From Raillietiella orientalis (Eukaryota), in the NCBI GenBank assembly GCA_036172245.1, contig JAYWIR010000050.1, positions 744,001 to 808,000 of the forward strand: a stretch of DNA of 64,000 nt, written 5' to 3'. The notes beneath the pieces were generated by a model that was not told the DNA's origin, searched no databases, and was given only the letters and a program-made list of their open reading frames with translations. Each line of letters opens with the position of its first letter. The first letter of the stretch is position 1. A program made the translations under genes and the position numbers. This document shows positions 24,737 through 35,793 of this stretch, piece after piece.

Positions 24737-26923
24737 TCAAACGCGCGCCAGGACTCCGCCCCTCGTTCCGGAGGCGTGGTCGGGAAGCAGTCGCGCGATG
24801 TCTTCCGGGATCGGGTGGCCACCAGCTCCCGTTTCCACCCTGCACTCACCACTCGCTGCGTCGTGGGCCCGTGGCGCACGGATGCTGCGACGAAGGAGTG
24901 GCACCTTGCGCACTGGCGACGTTTCGGTGCCGTTTGCCGGGCTGCCGTGTCGCGGCCCGACTCTGACCTCGCTTGTAGCGCGCATTCTTCGCAAACGTCC
25001 TCTCTGACTGCGCTGACTGGACGGAAGGCAGTCCTTGCGTTGAGGGCGCGTGGACTCCGGAAGCAGCCTTCCGCCTTCTGTAAACCGAAGTGAGTGATGG
25101 CCTTCGCTGTTGTTCTTCGTGTGGGCCAGGGATCGAATATGAGCACGAAGTGGGAAGATGCTGTGAAATGGAAATCCTGACCGAGTTGCTGTCCGTTGAC
25201 TGGATTCGTGCCGCTCAACTTGATGGCAGGGCTGGAACTTCGGAGTTCCACCAGCACTCTGCCACCGACGCTCAGAATGCGGAAAACGAGCTCCGAAATC
25301 GCCTTCTGAGCCGAGAGCACCGTTGCTAGCAGTGGTGTTGGTCATCATCCGAAACCTGGTACAGAAGATGCTGCAGACGGAAGACCGGAGCGAGATGTGC
25401 TGGCCGCGAGCTCCGTGACAGGCAGAGTGAGAGGGAACTGGAAAAGGCTCATTCGATTCCGTTTCTCACGGCAGCGATCCCAAATCCGCGCTTTGCTTTG
25501 ATCTCTTCTCTGAATCCGACGCAGCCTCCTACGTGAGTGGTAGAAGTTTCTTCACTGCCAGCAACCGTTCCCAAGCGGTCGGAAGGCTGTAAGAAAAAGG
25601 TGTTGGTTCAGGGGAGACGCCGAAGGCGGCATTCCAAACGTTAGTTCCGTAAGGAGAGAGCCGAAAGACCTAACGACGCGCGGCAAGGACGTCCTCCTCC
25701 CAAACAAAGCAACTTGAGAAATCGTGGGGCGATCATTGCAGCTCGAGGCTCCACGAACATTCTTGGGCAACCAACTTTCCTTTCGCTTTTCCGAGATCCA
25801 CGGAAAACACATCTCATATGCAGGAATGAGGAGAAGAGATTCGGGGGATTGTTAGGATACCTCTCCATAGTTTCGTGACGTTGATCTGTCTTGGCTTCCT
25901 CGCTGCCAGCAAGGTGGTCTGCGACAGGGGTGTTCAGGAGTGGAGGGATGGTGTGGTGCTACTTTTCTTTGCAACTGGTCTCACCGTATCGATTGCCACC
26001 GGGAGGTTCTCGCCACCTCACCCCACCCTGCGCTGTCATTGCTTTTGGTAGCTCGACTGAGTGCATCCGCAGGGGGTCTTCCTAACCGTGGGGCTGTTGC
26101 GTTTTCCCAGCCACACACCACAGGGGAAAGAGAGCGTCGCCCCCCAGGTCTTACTTTGTCCACCGGCTGGGATGAGGGAAGGGGGGGGGGTGTACCGTCG
26201 AGATTCGAACCGGCAGCTTCGAGCTCCTCATCGGGAGGTTTCTGCCACCATGCCAAGCGTGCACGCTCGACCATTGTCGCTGCGATGGCACCATCGCGGG
26301 GGAACGGCTCCCCCGGGTGGGACCAAGAGTGGGTGGAGCATCTGCGTTCAGGGAACGACGGGTGCTGCCAATGGGACTCGAACAGACCTCCTTGCTCTCC
26401 TCTGCGGGGGGGTTTCGCGGCCGTGCCGCTCGACCACTGTCGCTGCGCGCTGGATAAAAGGCGCTGTCGTCGTAGGGGGGGGTGGGGGGGAGGCGACTGC
26501 ATAGGTTCGCTGCTCAGGTCTTTGGCGGAGGTCCGACGTTGCCGCTCGCGTTTTCTCTCCCTCGCCTCTCGCGAAGAGACGCGCGCGCTATTTCCGGTAT
26601 CCCGCGTCACCCTTTGCTCCTAGCGGGCCATGTGGTGGGTACGTTAGGTGACCTCTCCAGCAGTTCTCAGGAGCGGACTGTGAGTGGTGGGAAGGCCGCT
26701 TTGCCCCGGAAGCCGGGCGTTTCCCGGTCAGCAGCTGTGGGCGAGGGAGGACGGAGGTGGTCTGCACCATACTGAGAGGGGTGGGGAGATGAGAGGATCG
26801 AGCGAGCGCGCCGGCACGCTCTCTGCACGGTAACCACCAGCGGCTCCCTCGGTCGAGAGCTGTCCCGACCGCCCGTAAGCGGAACCGCCGGCTTCGATCC
26901 GAGTGCGACCGCGTGGTGGACAT
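24737..26923 (-). CDS. Candidate uncharacterised multi-exon gene downstream of the X-box
   Basis: ATG at 26923, ~120 bp from the X-box. Phase-consistent candidate exons 26923-26653, 25918-25861 and 25355-24737 (or further splicing; strong donor aag|gtgagc at 24502). Product is low-complexity with no recognised domain. Confidence 0.3.
26190..26474 (-). mobile_element. Two tandem tRNA-derived SINE-like heads
   Basis: Reverse complement gives cagcgacagtggtcgagcg..agaggagagcaa..gttcgagtccc and cagcgacaatggtcgagcg..ggttcgaatctc, matching 10593-10710. Confidence 0.45.
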
Positions 26924-27041
26924 CGGAGGGTGCCGTCTCGGCTCTCCTGGGAACTCGAGGGCGCTCGAACCGGGCGGTTGAGAGGTTTCGTCTCAGGGAA
27001 GAAACCCGCGAAGAGGTGAGAGAGGCGAAAAACCCAGGATC

Positions 27042-27055
27042 GTTTCCATGGCAAC
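27042..27055. promoter_or_regulatory. RFX/DAF-19 X-box
   Basis: GTTTCCATGGCAAC is an exact fit to GTHNYY-AT-RRNAAC; it lies in non-repeat DNA between two candidate divergent genes. Confidence 0.6.
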
Positions 27056-28035
27056 GTGCGCCTGACAGTATTCCAAAATTAAAGCTCGGCTACTAGAGAT
27101 CGGCTCTCCGCTCTCTTCGAAATTCGAAGGTTTGGTTTTTCCTCTCCCCCCCCCCTTCCTCCCTCCCCTCTCTCTCACCCACACTTTCGCTCCTTCGCTT
27201 ACATTCCCGAGGATTGGAGATGGTGGACGAGGAGGATTTCTGGATCCTGGAGAGAGCTGCGAGAGGCCCGAGCAGGATCAGGCAGTAAGATCGGAGCGCC
27301 GGCGAAGGGATCTACGGCTCTTCCGTGGGAGGCGCCGGACGTTGCGAAGGACGACAGGCCCTCGGGTGGGCGTGGATGGAGAGTCCTGCTGCGCGCGCCT
27401 CTGCTTGACTGGTGGAGCGGGTGGGTGGGGCACGCTCCTTGCTCCTCCCCGCGCCCGATGATCGGACTCTGCAAGCGTTGGCCTCTTGATAAGCCGCGTG
27501 GCAGCCAGCTGGGTTGTGAGGGGAGGGGAGGAAGGAGGCAGGGAGATGAAAGTGCTCCTGCATCCCCCACCCCACCTCCATACGGAGGGGACCCAACTGC
27601 CGCAACTCACCTGGTGGCCGGGCCTCACCCGGCTGGGTGCAGGGCTTCTTGCCTCGCCCCGCCGGATTTCCCAGGGGCGGTTTCTTACCCGTCGTCCCCA
27701 GGGTGTGGCCCCTTCGGGAGACTCCTGGAGGAGTGGCCTAGGAGATTCCTCTGGAGCGCAGATGCATCTCGGGAGGAGGAGGGGAGAGGGAATTTCTCGA
27801 ACTCTCTCTCGCGCGCCTCCTCTGCGGGGAGCCATGCCTCCGCGACTGCCTTCCCTCTGCTGCGGAGAGGGCAGTCCGGCTCGCGCGCCGCTCGCAGCAT
27901 TCGGACCGAACTGGCGGATGAGGCGAGGCGCAGCAAAGGGAGAAAACTTTCACCTTGTCCTAGACCACAGTGACCCTCTCCGTGTGAGCACGGGGCCACG
28001 CCTCATCCTGATCGAACGGTCCGGTTCCGGATGCT

Positions 28036-28471
28036 ATGCCTTGTGGCTGTTACTCCGGAAGCGGGTGGGCGGGCGCGGCGTCCGCTCTCTCACTCTCTCG
28101 GGCGGAGCGCGGTGCTCCTCGGGTTGTCCCGCACGCCGCGAGAGGGCACGGAGGAGGTGCATCCTCCGCCCTGTCGGCCGGTCCTCTCCCTTGCGGCCCC
28201 TTGAACCCGCCGTCCTCTTTGCAGGTTCGTGGACGCCTTCCTTGGCCTCACTCGTTCTAAGCGCCGAGGCTACAGGCTGGAGAAGGCTGGAGACCCCTCC
28301 ATTGAACCCCTGAGGGTCAACCGCGCCTCCGTGGACAGCGTCTGGAGAAGCATGAAGAAGAAGAAGGCGCAGTGCTGCCGCCCCGAGCCGGGCCCGATAT
28401 CCGCAGGACACACATACGTCCCCAAGGGAGTGCCTGAGTCACCATCCACGGACGAGGACGAGCGGGAGTGA
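28036..28471 (+). CDS. Candidate small two-exon protein (91 aa) with N-terminal Cys motif
   Basis: Exons 28036-28064 and 28225-28471 are phase-consistent (GG|gtgggc ... ctctttgcag|G). Product MPCGCYSGSGFVDAFLGLTRSKRRGYRLEKAGDPSIEPLRVNRASVDSVWRSMKKKKAQCC...DEDERE*; AATAAA at 28508. The terminal exon is better supported than the start. Confidence 0.5.
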
Positions 28472-29324
28472 CGGCCGCCGCCCTCGCGTGGTCCCACCAT
28501 CTTTCGGAATAAATACCTGGACGTCTGAGGACGACGCAGGCAACTCGTCCTCGGGAAGAGGTCCAACGGACCTGAGGGCCCACGAAGGAGGAGTTCCCTT
28601 CCATACCCCCTTGCTTCATCGTCCTGCAGCAAGGAAGGGGATTTCCTTTCTGGGGAAGGGTCGTTCCAACCGGGCGCATTTGTTGCACCGCTCTTCGGAC
28701 GTTGCAGGCAGCGCTTTGATCCCTCCCTCCCCCTTCCATCCCCTTCCGGTCCTCCTTTTCCTGGAGGACTAGGGAGAGGGAGAGAACCCCGGCGCACCGC
28801 ACCGCGCCTCCGGGAAGAGCGACGCCGGGTCTTGCGAGGTTTCCCTGGCAACGGCGCCGACGGATACCTGCGCGAGCCGGGAGTTTCCAGGAGAGGTCCG
28901 CAACCAGGAAAGTTCAGAGCCACCGTCGGACTCCCCCAGCGGGGAAGTAGGATGCTGGGAAGCGCTCGCTCCGCCTCCTGCGGTCCAGAGGAGGAGGAGA
29001 AGGGACGATGTCTCGGAACCATTCCGCAAAAACCAGAGAGGGCTCCGCGCGCGCGATCTGGCGCGCAGCAGCCGACCAAGGGCGAGGTGGATGTCGGGGA
29101 GGGTGACTACTTCTGAGACCCTTCGGAAGTTTTTCAGCGGACCTGCGCCTGAGATCTTCCCTGCGACTCAGAGTCGACGCCTCCTGGGCAACTCACAGGG
29201 AGGGGTTCGCCTCCGCTTCACAGCCCCCACCCCACTTCTGTGTGGTGGACGACGGGTGGCACCTCGCAGAGGCGGCGACCTTGTGCGTCCCCGGGGCGTC
29301 GGTCGCGCGCCTTCCGGGCCTTCC

Positions 29325-29754
29325 TTTCCCCTACGTCAGCTGGCGGAAGAATTGTTGCTGCCTCCGACGCCACGGGCACCTCGTCCAGGAGGTCGCGCGC
29401 TGCAGAAGTGGGGCGTGACCGCCCCCGGAGGCGCTGCGTCCCATGTCCCGCGCCACCCTTCGATGAGCCGGAGGGACGCGGCGCCGCCCAAGGGCGCTTC
29501 GAGCACGTTCCGAGCCGTTCGGATGGCTTTTATGCTGGGCGGTGGCAGTGCAGGAGTGCCCGGCGGTGGATGCACGTCGCCAGCGGTGGAGCCGGCACCA
29601 TCGCGGCGCAGGCCCCTCCGTGAGACCGGTCGCTCCGCTCCGCCGCCTACCGGACAGCGCATGAACGAGCGGGTGGTCCGTACGTTCCTCCTTGGCCTTG
29701 TCCCCGGGAAGGTCTTACCCGCTTCTGTTTCCAACCCGAAGATGTCTGATCCTT
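29325..29754. repeat. Family B dispersed repeat (uninterrupted copy)
   Basis: Matches 14702-14805 plus 15567-15886. Confidence 0.75.
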
Positions 29755-30429
29755 ATTTTTCCCTACCTTCTAAAAGCAACCTGACCACGGGCGTGCCGAG
29801 ATGGGAGGATGCTGGCGTCACCGCGGGAGGCAGCATCCTTGCGTGGTCGCGTGGGTTGACCGCGCCTCCTGTTCGAACCCGGCGATTCCTGAGGCAGCGT
29901 CTGCTCCCGAGAATCGTCGTCTGACGCAGAAGGCTGCACCTGCCTTGTCTCTCGGAGGGGGACCCGAGGCTGGTCTTGCTTCTAGGCAGTGTTGCAGGCT
30001 GATGCCAGTCCGAGGTCAGGTCGGCCCGCCGAGGCTCGCACCGGCTGCCACTGCTTTGCGCCCTCTGACCGCGCGCATGGGCGGGAAATTCAGGCGAGGA
30101 TGCGCGGGTGGGAATCTTTCTCCTCCTTCCCCGCCCTCTCGTCGGCAGAAGACGGACAGAGCAGCGCCCCACCGTTTCGCACTGCCGACCTCTCCCCTTT
30201 GTTTCCGCGGAGGGGTTGAGGGGCGTCGCCCGCGGAGCACGTTCAGTCGAGGTCAAGGGGAGTGAGCGGAGTGGCCCTACGAGGTCGTAGCAGCCCTGCA
30301 GCCATCCACGTGCCGGAGAGGAGGTCGGGTGGGGGGGACCGATGAGACGCGCGGCCGAACGCTTCCGGCGCGGCGCCTCCCCGGGAAAGGAAAAGGGAGT
30401 GACGGCAGCGCGACCTCGCGGACGGGGTG

Positions 30430-31080
30430 GCCGAGACCATAAGACTGCTGCGGCGGCGGCCATGTGAAATACGGAGGCGGTAATCCTGGGAAAGACGGAG
30501 GCGTTGGCGGCGATGACGACGTGGAGGCAGATGACGACGTGGAGGCAGACGCCGACAACGCCGATGGCGACGTCGGTGACGGTAGTGGTGATGGAGGAGA
30601 GAAGCCACAACAGCCAATTCCACTTATTAGAGGTCCGCAATGAGGACAGCAGTGACCGTGACTACTGCGAAGATCGCATCTGGCTTTTGAGGGACCGCAA
30701 AAACGAAGACAGCAACGTCATCTTGGATGATGACGGCTATGGTCATCGGGACAATGAGGGCGATGGCGGCGGCATCTGCTTCCTGGGAAGCGACGGTGAC
30801 GACGAGGAGGACAGCGCCAACGCCGACGACGACAGTGGCGGTATCGACGTTAACCGCATCAATGGTGGCGACAGTTTCCGGAACGGTGAAGGTGATAAAG
30901 ACGCCGACGACGTCCACGATGGCGATGAAGGCAGTTGCAGAAGTTTGAGGGAGCGCGAAGACCAACGGTCAGGAGGAGGAGGAGGAAGGCGGTGACGACG
31001 GCTACAGGGAAGGCGCCGGCGGCAGCCTGATGACGTCGGCGACGGTCACGGCGGCGAGGAGGAGGAGAAAGATAGCGGCT
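30430..31080. repeat. Degenerate GAC/GAT/GGC trinucleotide low-complexity region with an 18-bp tandem duplication
   Basis: gatgacgacgtggaggca x2 at 30512-30547; Asp/Gly- or Thr/Met-rich ORFs in several frames. Confidence 0.6.
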
Positions 31081-32174
31081 CATGCTTGCGTTCGCGCGCT
31101 AGGAGGTCCTACGGAGCGTCCTGGGCGCCGCGCCGAAGCCCTCTGCGGGCCAGCGGCTCCAGGCGAACCCGTCCCCCTCCGGAGGACTCGGAATCGGCCA
31201 GCTCCTCGCCATCCGTGGACCGTCCATCCGACCCTTCCCTGACGCGCAACCGTCAGGACTCCAACACACGCGGACTGGCGCTACGGGACCACGCACGCTG
31301 CTGTCGCACGCGCGCCTCGACCCTGCGCAGCATCCACAGAGGGATGCCGACAAATATCCTCCTCCACCGCTCCTTGCTCCGCATCGCCAGCGCCGACTCG
31401 ACGAAGAGCGCCAGAGACCACCGAGCTGGCCAGGACCCTTGCCATCTTCGGAGTGTACGCCGCCTCTGGCGCTTGTCGCGTGCCACATGCGTGTCCCCTC
31501 TTCCCCTAGTATCTGGAGTGTGCGCCTTTTCCCTGGAAGGAGGGCCCGAGGCGATCATCGCGGACGGTGTTGCGGGTTGATGCCGGCCCCCGTGTCCGCA
31601 CGCTCCATGCCACCCTACCCCGCCCTCTCAGTCGTGTAGCCCTCTGGCTCCATCCTATAGACCCGCCTCCGTGGTGAAAACGAACAAACGAAGAAAAAAA
31701 AAAGGAGCCACAGGTGGTCACAGTTATGCCCGGGAGGCACCTGGCGGGAGCAGCTCCGTCCTCTACGGCATGGCACCTATCATCAAATTGCGGGTTGACC
31801 GTTTCTGTGCCAAAATCTCCCATGGGCACCTCCTTTCAGCGCCCCTCTGAGGTCTCCAGAGAACCTTCACACTGCGACAGACGCCTGTTGGTGGCGCACT
31901 CCCGGGTCGGCTCCCGGCTCCCATTTTAGGGTAGCTGTCCCTCGGCGCAGGAGTGAGCGGGCGGTTGTGCGAACGGCGGGAACCACGGATGTCGCGCTCC
32001 CGTCTTCTTCCTCTTCGCCTTCCTGCATAACCCTCTCGTCTCTAGCCTACTCATCGCTGCAGCCCTCTCATCTGAAGGCGTCATCCGGATCCCTGCCACC
32101 GATCCGTGCCCGCATCGTGTCGGCATCTCTCTCTTCCCTGACCTTCCCCACGAACGAGTCAGCTGACCAGGAAC

Positions 32175-34466
32175 CTACAGGATCTCTAGCAATGCACGAG
32201 ACTGCATCATCCGTAGCCGCCTGGGGAGGCTTGCACAGAAAGGGAAGGAGGAGGGGGGAGGGGGGGAGACCAAGGTCTTCCCGCATGAGCCTTTGAGCTC
32301 CGAAGGTTCATTGGTCGACCGTCCCCTCCCCTTCCACTTCCTTCGCCACCTCAGGAAGCGGCCGCGAATCTTAGCTGCAGCCTGCTGGACTCCAGCGGAG
32401 ACCCTCAGGAAAGAACGGAACGGAGCTGCCGGGTTTCGCACGCCGGGGACGGGATGCGCGCGCGCGGTCGCCTCTATTTCGTCGACGGGCCTTCCTAACC
32501 GCCCTGCGAGCCATCGCCGGCGATGGCCCGGCGCGATGCGGGAGATCAGAGGGCGTTTATTTATAAAAAAACAAACATCTATGGCAGGACGTTCGAACCT
32601 GTCACGAGAAGGAACCTGCCGCGAACCGGCACTCAGGCCAGCGGGGTTCGCCTCGGTAGCTCCGGGGAAGGGGAGACAAACAAAAAGAAAAAAATAAAAG
32701 AAAAAACAGTCAAAAAAGGGGAGGAGGGGTTCGGGAAGGGATCACCAGGTGCTGGAGGACGTTCTCTGCATCTTTGTAAGGATATCGGCAAGCTGCTGTT
32801 CCAAGACTCTCTGATGGAGCCATCTTGATGCCGTCCTCATGAAGAGGACAGCAAAACAAATGGCGTCCCTGTAGTCCTGGTCTCCTCTGGCGTTGCTGCT
32901 CTATGCAGCCCGGTCCCGCCAGGTGGGCAGCACAGCGCTGCTAGGGATGCGGCCGGCACGAGGGCGTCGCTCAGGAAGAGACGCTTCACAACGTCTCTGG
33001 CGTGTCTGCGGGGGGTTCCAAGGTCGCGGGAAAGCGTCTCCGAAGGGGCCGTAGGGCAATACGGTCCACTAGGAGGTGCGGGAAGGATTCCCGTGCCCCG
33101 TACCCTGCACAGTTTGGGTCCATCCCTTCCTCCCGTGTCCAGTGATGCCGGCGAGCGTTGCACGGGAGACCCCAGTGCAGCAGCATCAACGCCAACTCCT
33201 GCCACTTTAGGGTGGGAGTGTTCCTGGGCACTGGAGGCCACTGCAGGTCTTCCGCCGGAAGTCCCAGTAGCACGCCCCAGTACAAAAGTCCACGAGGTCG
33301 AGCAATCAGGATCGCAGCGTCGGGGAGATAGTCCGTCGTCCACTCTCCCAGTCCTTTCCTCCCTCCAGAGAGGAAACTTTCGGAACGGATCACTCTTGCT
33401 TAAGAACCGGAGGTTTCTGGTATGGCGGTACTGTTGCAATCCGGAAGCTTTTGGAAGTTCCGGCTGACTGGTCGGGACCAAAATTTGACCTTCCGGAGTA
33501 CATCCAGGAATCAAAGTTCCTTTCGGATTCCCCTCCGGTTGTGAAAGGGGAATCGTGCCATCGCGCACCATGGAGCTGGCCGATTCCCCCCCCCCCCCCG
33601 GGGGTCAAAATAAACGCCTCGGGCGTACCCGGGTGGAAACCCCGGGGGTCACCTCCCCAGAGTGTAAGATGGGTGCTTCTCTCTTCGGGGACGCCCTCTA
33701 GAGAAAACGGGAAGCTTCTCTTCAGAGGAGTCAACAAGGGGTTCCCTCCGAAGGAGAAATGAGGAATGTCAGCCTTCTCCGGGGGGTTTCTCCGGGGAAA
33801 GATAGAAAGAGGAAAACTAACTCGGCGGAAAGGAAAGGGAAACAAACAAAACCTGGAGATGGAAAACCAGGATGGAATTTAGCTCCGGCTCCATCTTCCA
33901 TGCAGCTTCCGGTGAGACGGGGGCACCCAGCCGGACGAGGTCCACCCGTCCCTTCAGCTTGGATTCCTACTACCCACAGGCTACTTTTGGCTGAAAGAGT
34001 TCTTGAACTTTGAGCTTCGCGGCAAAGTCACGAAGAGCCATCGAAAGATTCGAGACCCACACATGTCGGAGACACGAATCTTTCCATGAAAGAAAAGGGG
34101 GGTCACAAGGAACCAGGCACTGCGCATCGATGGTACGCGACGAGCAGCCAGAAAACTTCTTGAAAAGCATCCCTCGTGCATCCTCTGGCATGGAGAAAAC
34201 GAAAGAAAAAAAAAGCGGCCATGAAATCATGTAGACGGTTTCCAATCGCAATAGGAGGTCCTCGTATAACGCGGGGGACGCGTTAAACGAACCTTGTGGG
34301 GCCGAATACGGAGCATGGAATGATATTCATGAAAGACATGAAACGCATCTTCCACACTATAGCAGTGGGATTTCTATCGCCTCTCTTTAAGGCAAAAAGA
34401 AAGAAAAAGCACTTATTTACTTAGCGTGAAGAAAAGTTTTTCGAGCTTTGGTCGATGTTCAAGAAG
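32175..34466 (-). CDS. Candidate 3' part of an uncharacterised gene ending in an IQ-like motif
   Basis: Phase-consistent candidate exons 34466-34421, 34184-33974, 33905-33853, 32425-32350, 32220-32175, reading ...VQQAAAKIRGRFLRRLRMMQSRALLEIL*. The repeats at 32551-33790 fall inside the predicted long intron. Some splice sites are weak. Confidence 0.3.
32551..33390 (-). mobile_element. Decayed L1/Tx1-like LINE 3' end
   Basis: LKWQELALMLLHWGLPCNARRHHW..DPNCAGYGARESFPHLLVDRIALRPL resembles zf-RVT; 3' UTR ends in aaataaa. Confidence 0.65.
33400..33790. repeat. Family A dispersed repeat
   Basis: ccatcgcg.accatggagctgg and ctcttcagaggagt.aaca blocks shared with other copies. Confidence 0.6.
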
Positions 34467-34559
34467 CTAGAAGAATGTAGTAGCTCCATCGCTCTCGTCA
34501 TTGAAGATGTCTTCTTGAGATGCTTCTTTATTTTTAATAATAAATATATTACTTTTTAT

Positions 34560-35400
34560 TACTCATTATTTAACGTATGAATGGGCTTTCGAATTCATCA
34601 TTGGTCTGCTGATTATGCATTTCACGGCAAAGTGTGATGCCAGTGGGTCCAGCTTCCAGCGCGTCGCAAAGCCAGCTGCTCACTGACTTCGGTAAACCCA
34701 GGTGTGCCCTGGAGCATCTCCTGCGGCCATGTGCAATCCTGATGGTGTCCGACTGCTGCATTTTCCTTCAACTCTTACAGAAGCCACGGACACATCCGCA
34801 TCAGCTTCCGTCCAAACGCCATGAATTCAGCCGGTCAGTCCCACTGACAGCTACAAATGAGGCGGATGTACACCCCTGGGGACCAGGCAACATCATGTAC
34901 ACAATCCCCCCCCGTTTCCGAATGAGCGCAGCACACGGAACTTTCAGAGTGATTAGAGAGTTCTCCACGCAGCTCACGAACACGTGAGATTCCAGAATTC
35001 GTGTTCTTTTCTTGAAAAAGGGGGGGAAAAACGCAGAAATGACCATGGCGTCGTCCGGTAGAAGCTCATTGGCCGCTCCACAGCCGCTGGTCGAACACCC
35101 ATTTTACACAGCTTTTTCTCCCGGGTTCGCCTAGACGTTTACAATCTAAAATAATAAAACCTTTGTGGTAGAAATCATGGTTTCTAACACGTACACTGAA
35201 CCTGCCGATTACTGGTACGAAGACCGGATTTTGTACAGGCAGGCGGCCTGCCGGGATCCGTTTCGCAGCCGGACGAGGTCCACTCCCCCCTCTCTCACCG
35301 TGTACGCGAGCACTGTGTTCCATTATGGCAAGAACTGTACCCAGCGGTCAGTCCACAGAGTTCAAGTCTCGAATAAAGTGGACGTGAGAGAGGATGGTAG
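34560..35400 (-). mobile_element. Heavily decayed piggyBac-like transposase 3' region
   Basis: Fragmentary GTV, MIST, KMG..DQ, RILESHVFVSCVENSLI and Cys-rich tail motifs; 3' flank cattatttaacg..tg.gctt.cgaa is repeated at ~37000. Confidence 0.35.
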
Positions 35401-35793
35401 TGGATGCTGCTGGTGGCAACCAGCGGTTGCCGAGGCCAAACACGTGTGCAGTTGGGAGCGCAGGGGAACTCGTCGCTGTTTCACCGAATCGCCTGTTCTG
35501 GAAATGGCGAGTGAATAAAAAAAAGTAGGAAGGAAAAGCAAAGGCGGAAGAGCGGATCCCTTGCTGCTGCTTACCAGGGAGACTCAGTCAAAAAGCTGGA
35601 TGCGCTCGAAGTTCAGATACCATCTCTCTCTCCTTCTCTCTTTTCACTCTTGCCATGCCCAGTGGAAAGGGCATGTCTTCCTGTCACAAGAAGCCTTTGG
35701 CTACTCACCCAAACCTGTTGTTCAGGAATGTTCCACCTAACAACTGTTTAGGAAACAGTGGTAACATTTTATCTTCTTGGCTAATAAACGAAA

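Noticed and set aside
30504..30995. Asp/Gly-rich 163-aa ORF
   Set aside because: Explained by a decayed trinucleotide low-complexity tract; composition switches frame midway
1..34000. Hundreds of overlapping 60-330 aa ORFs in all frames
   Set aside because: Arg/Pro/Gly/Ser-rich products expected from high GC; no domains except where they overlap the exons listed
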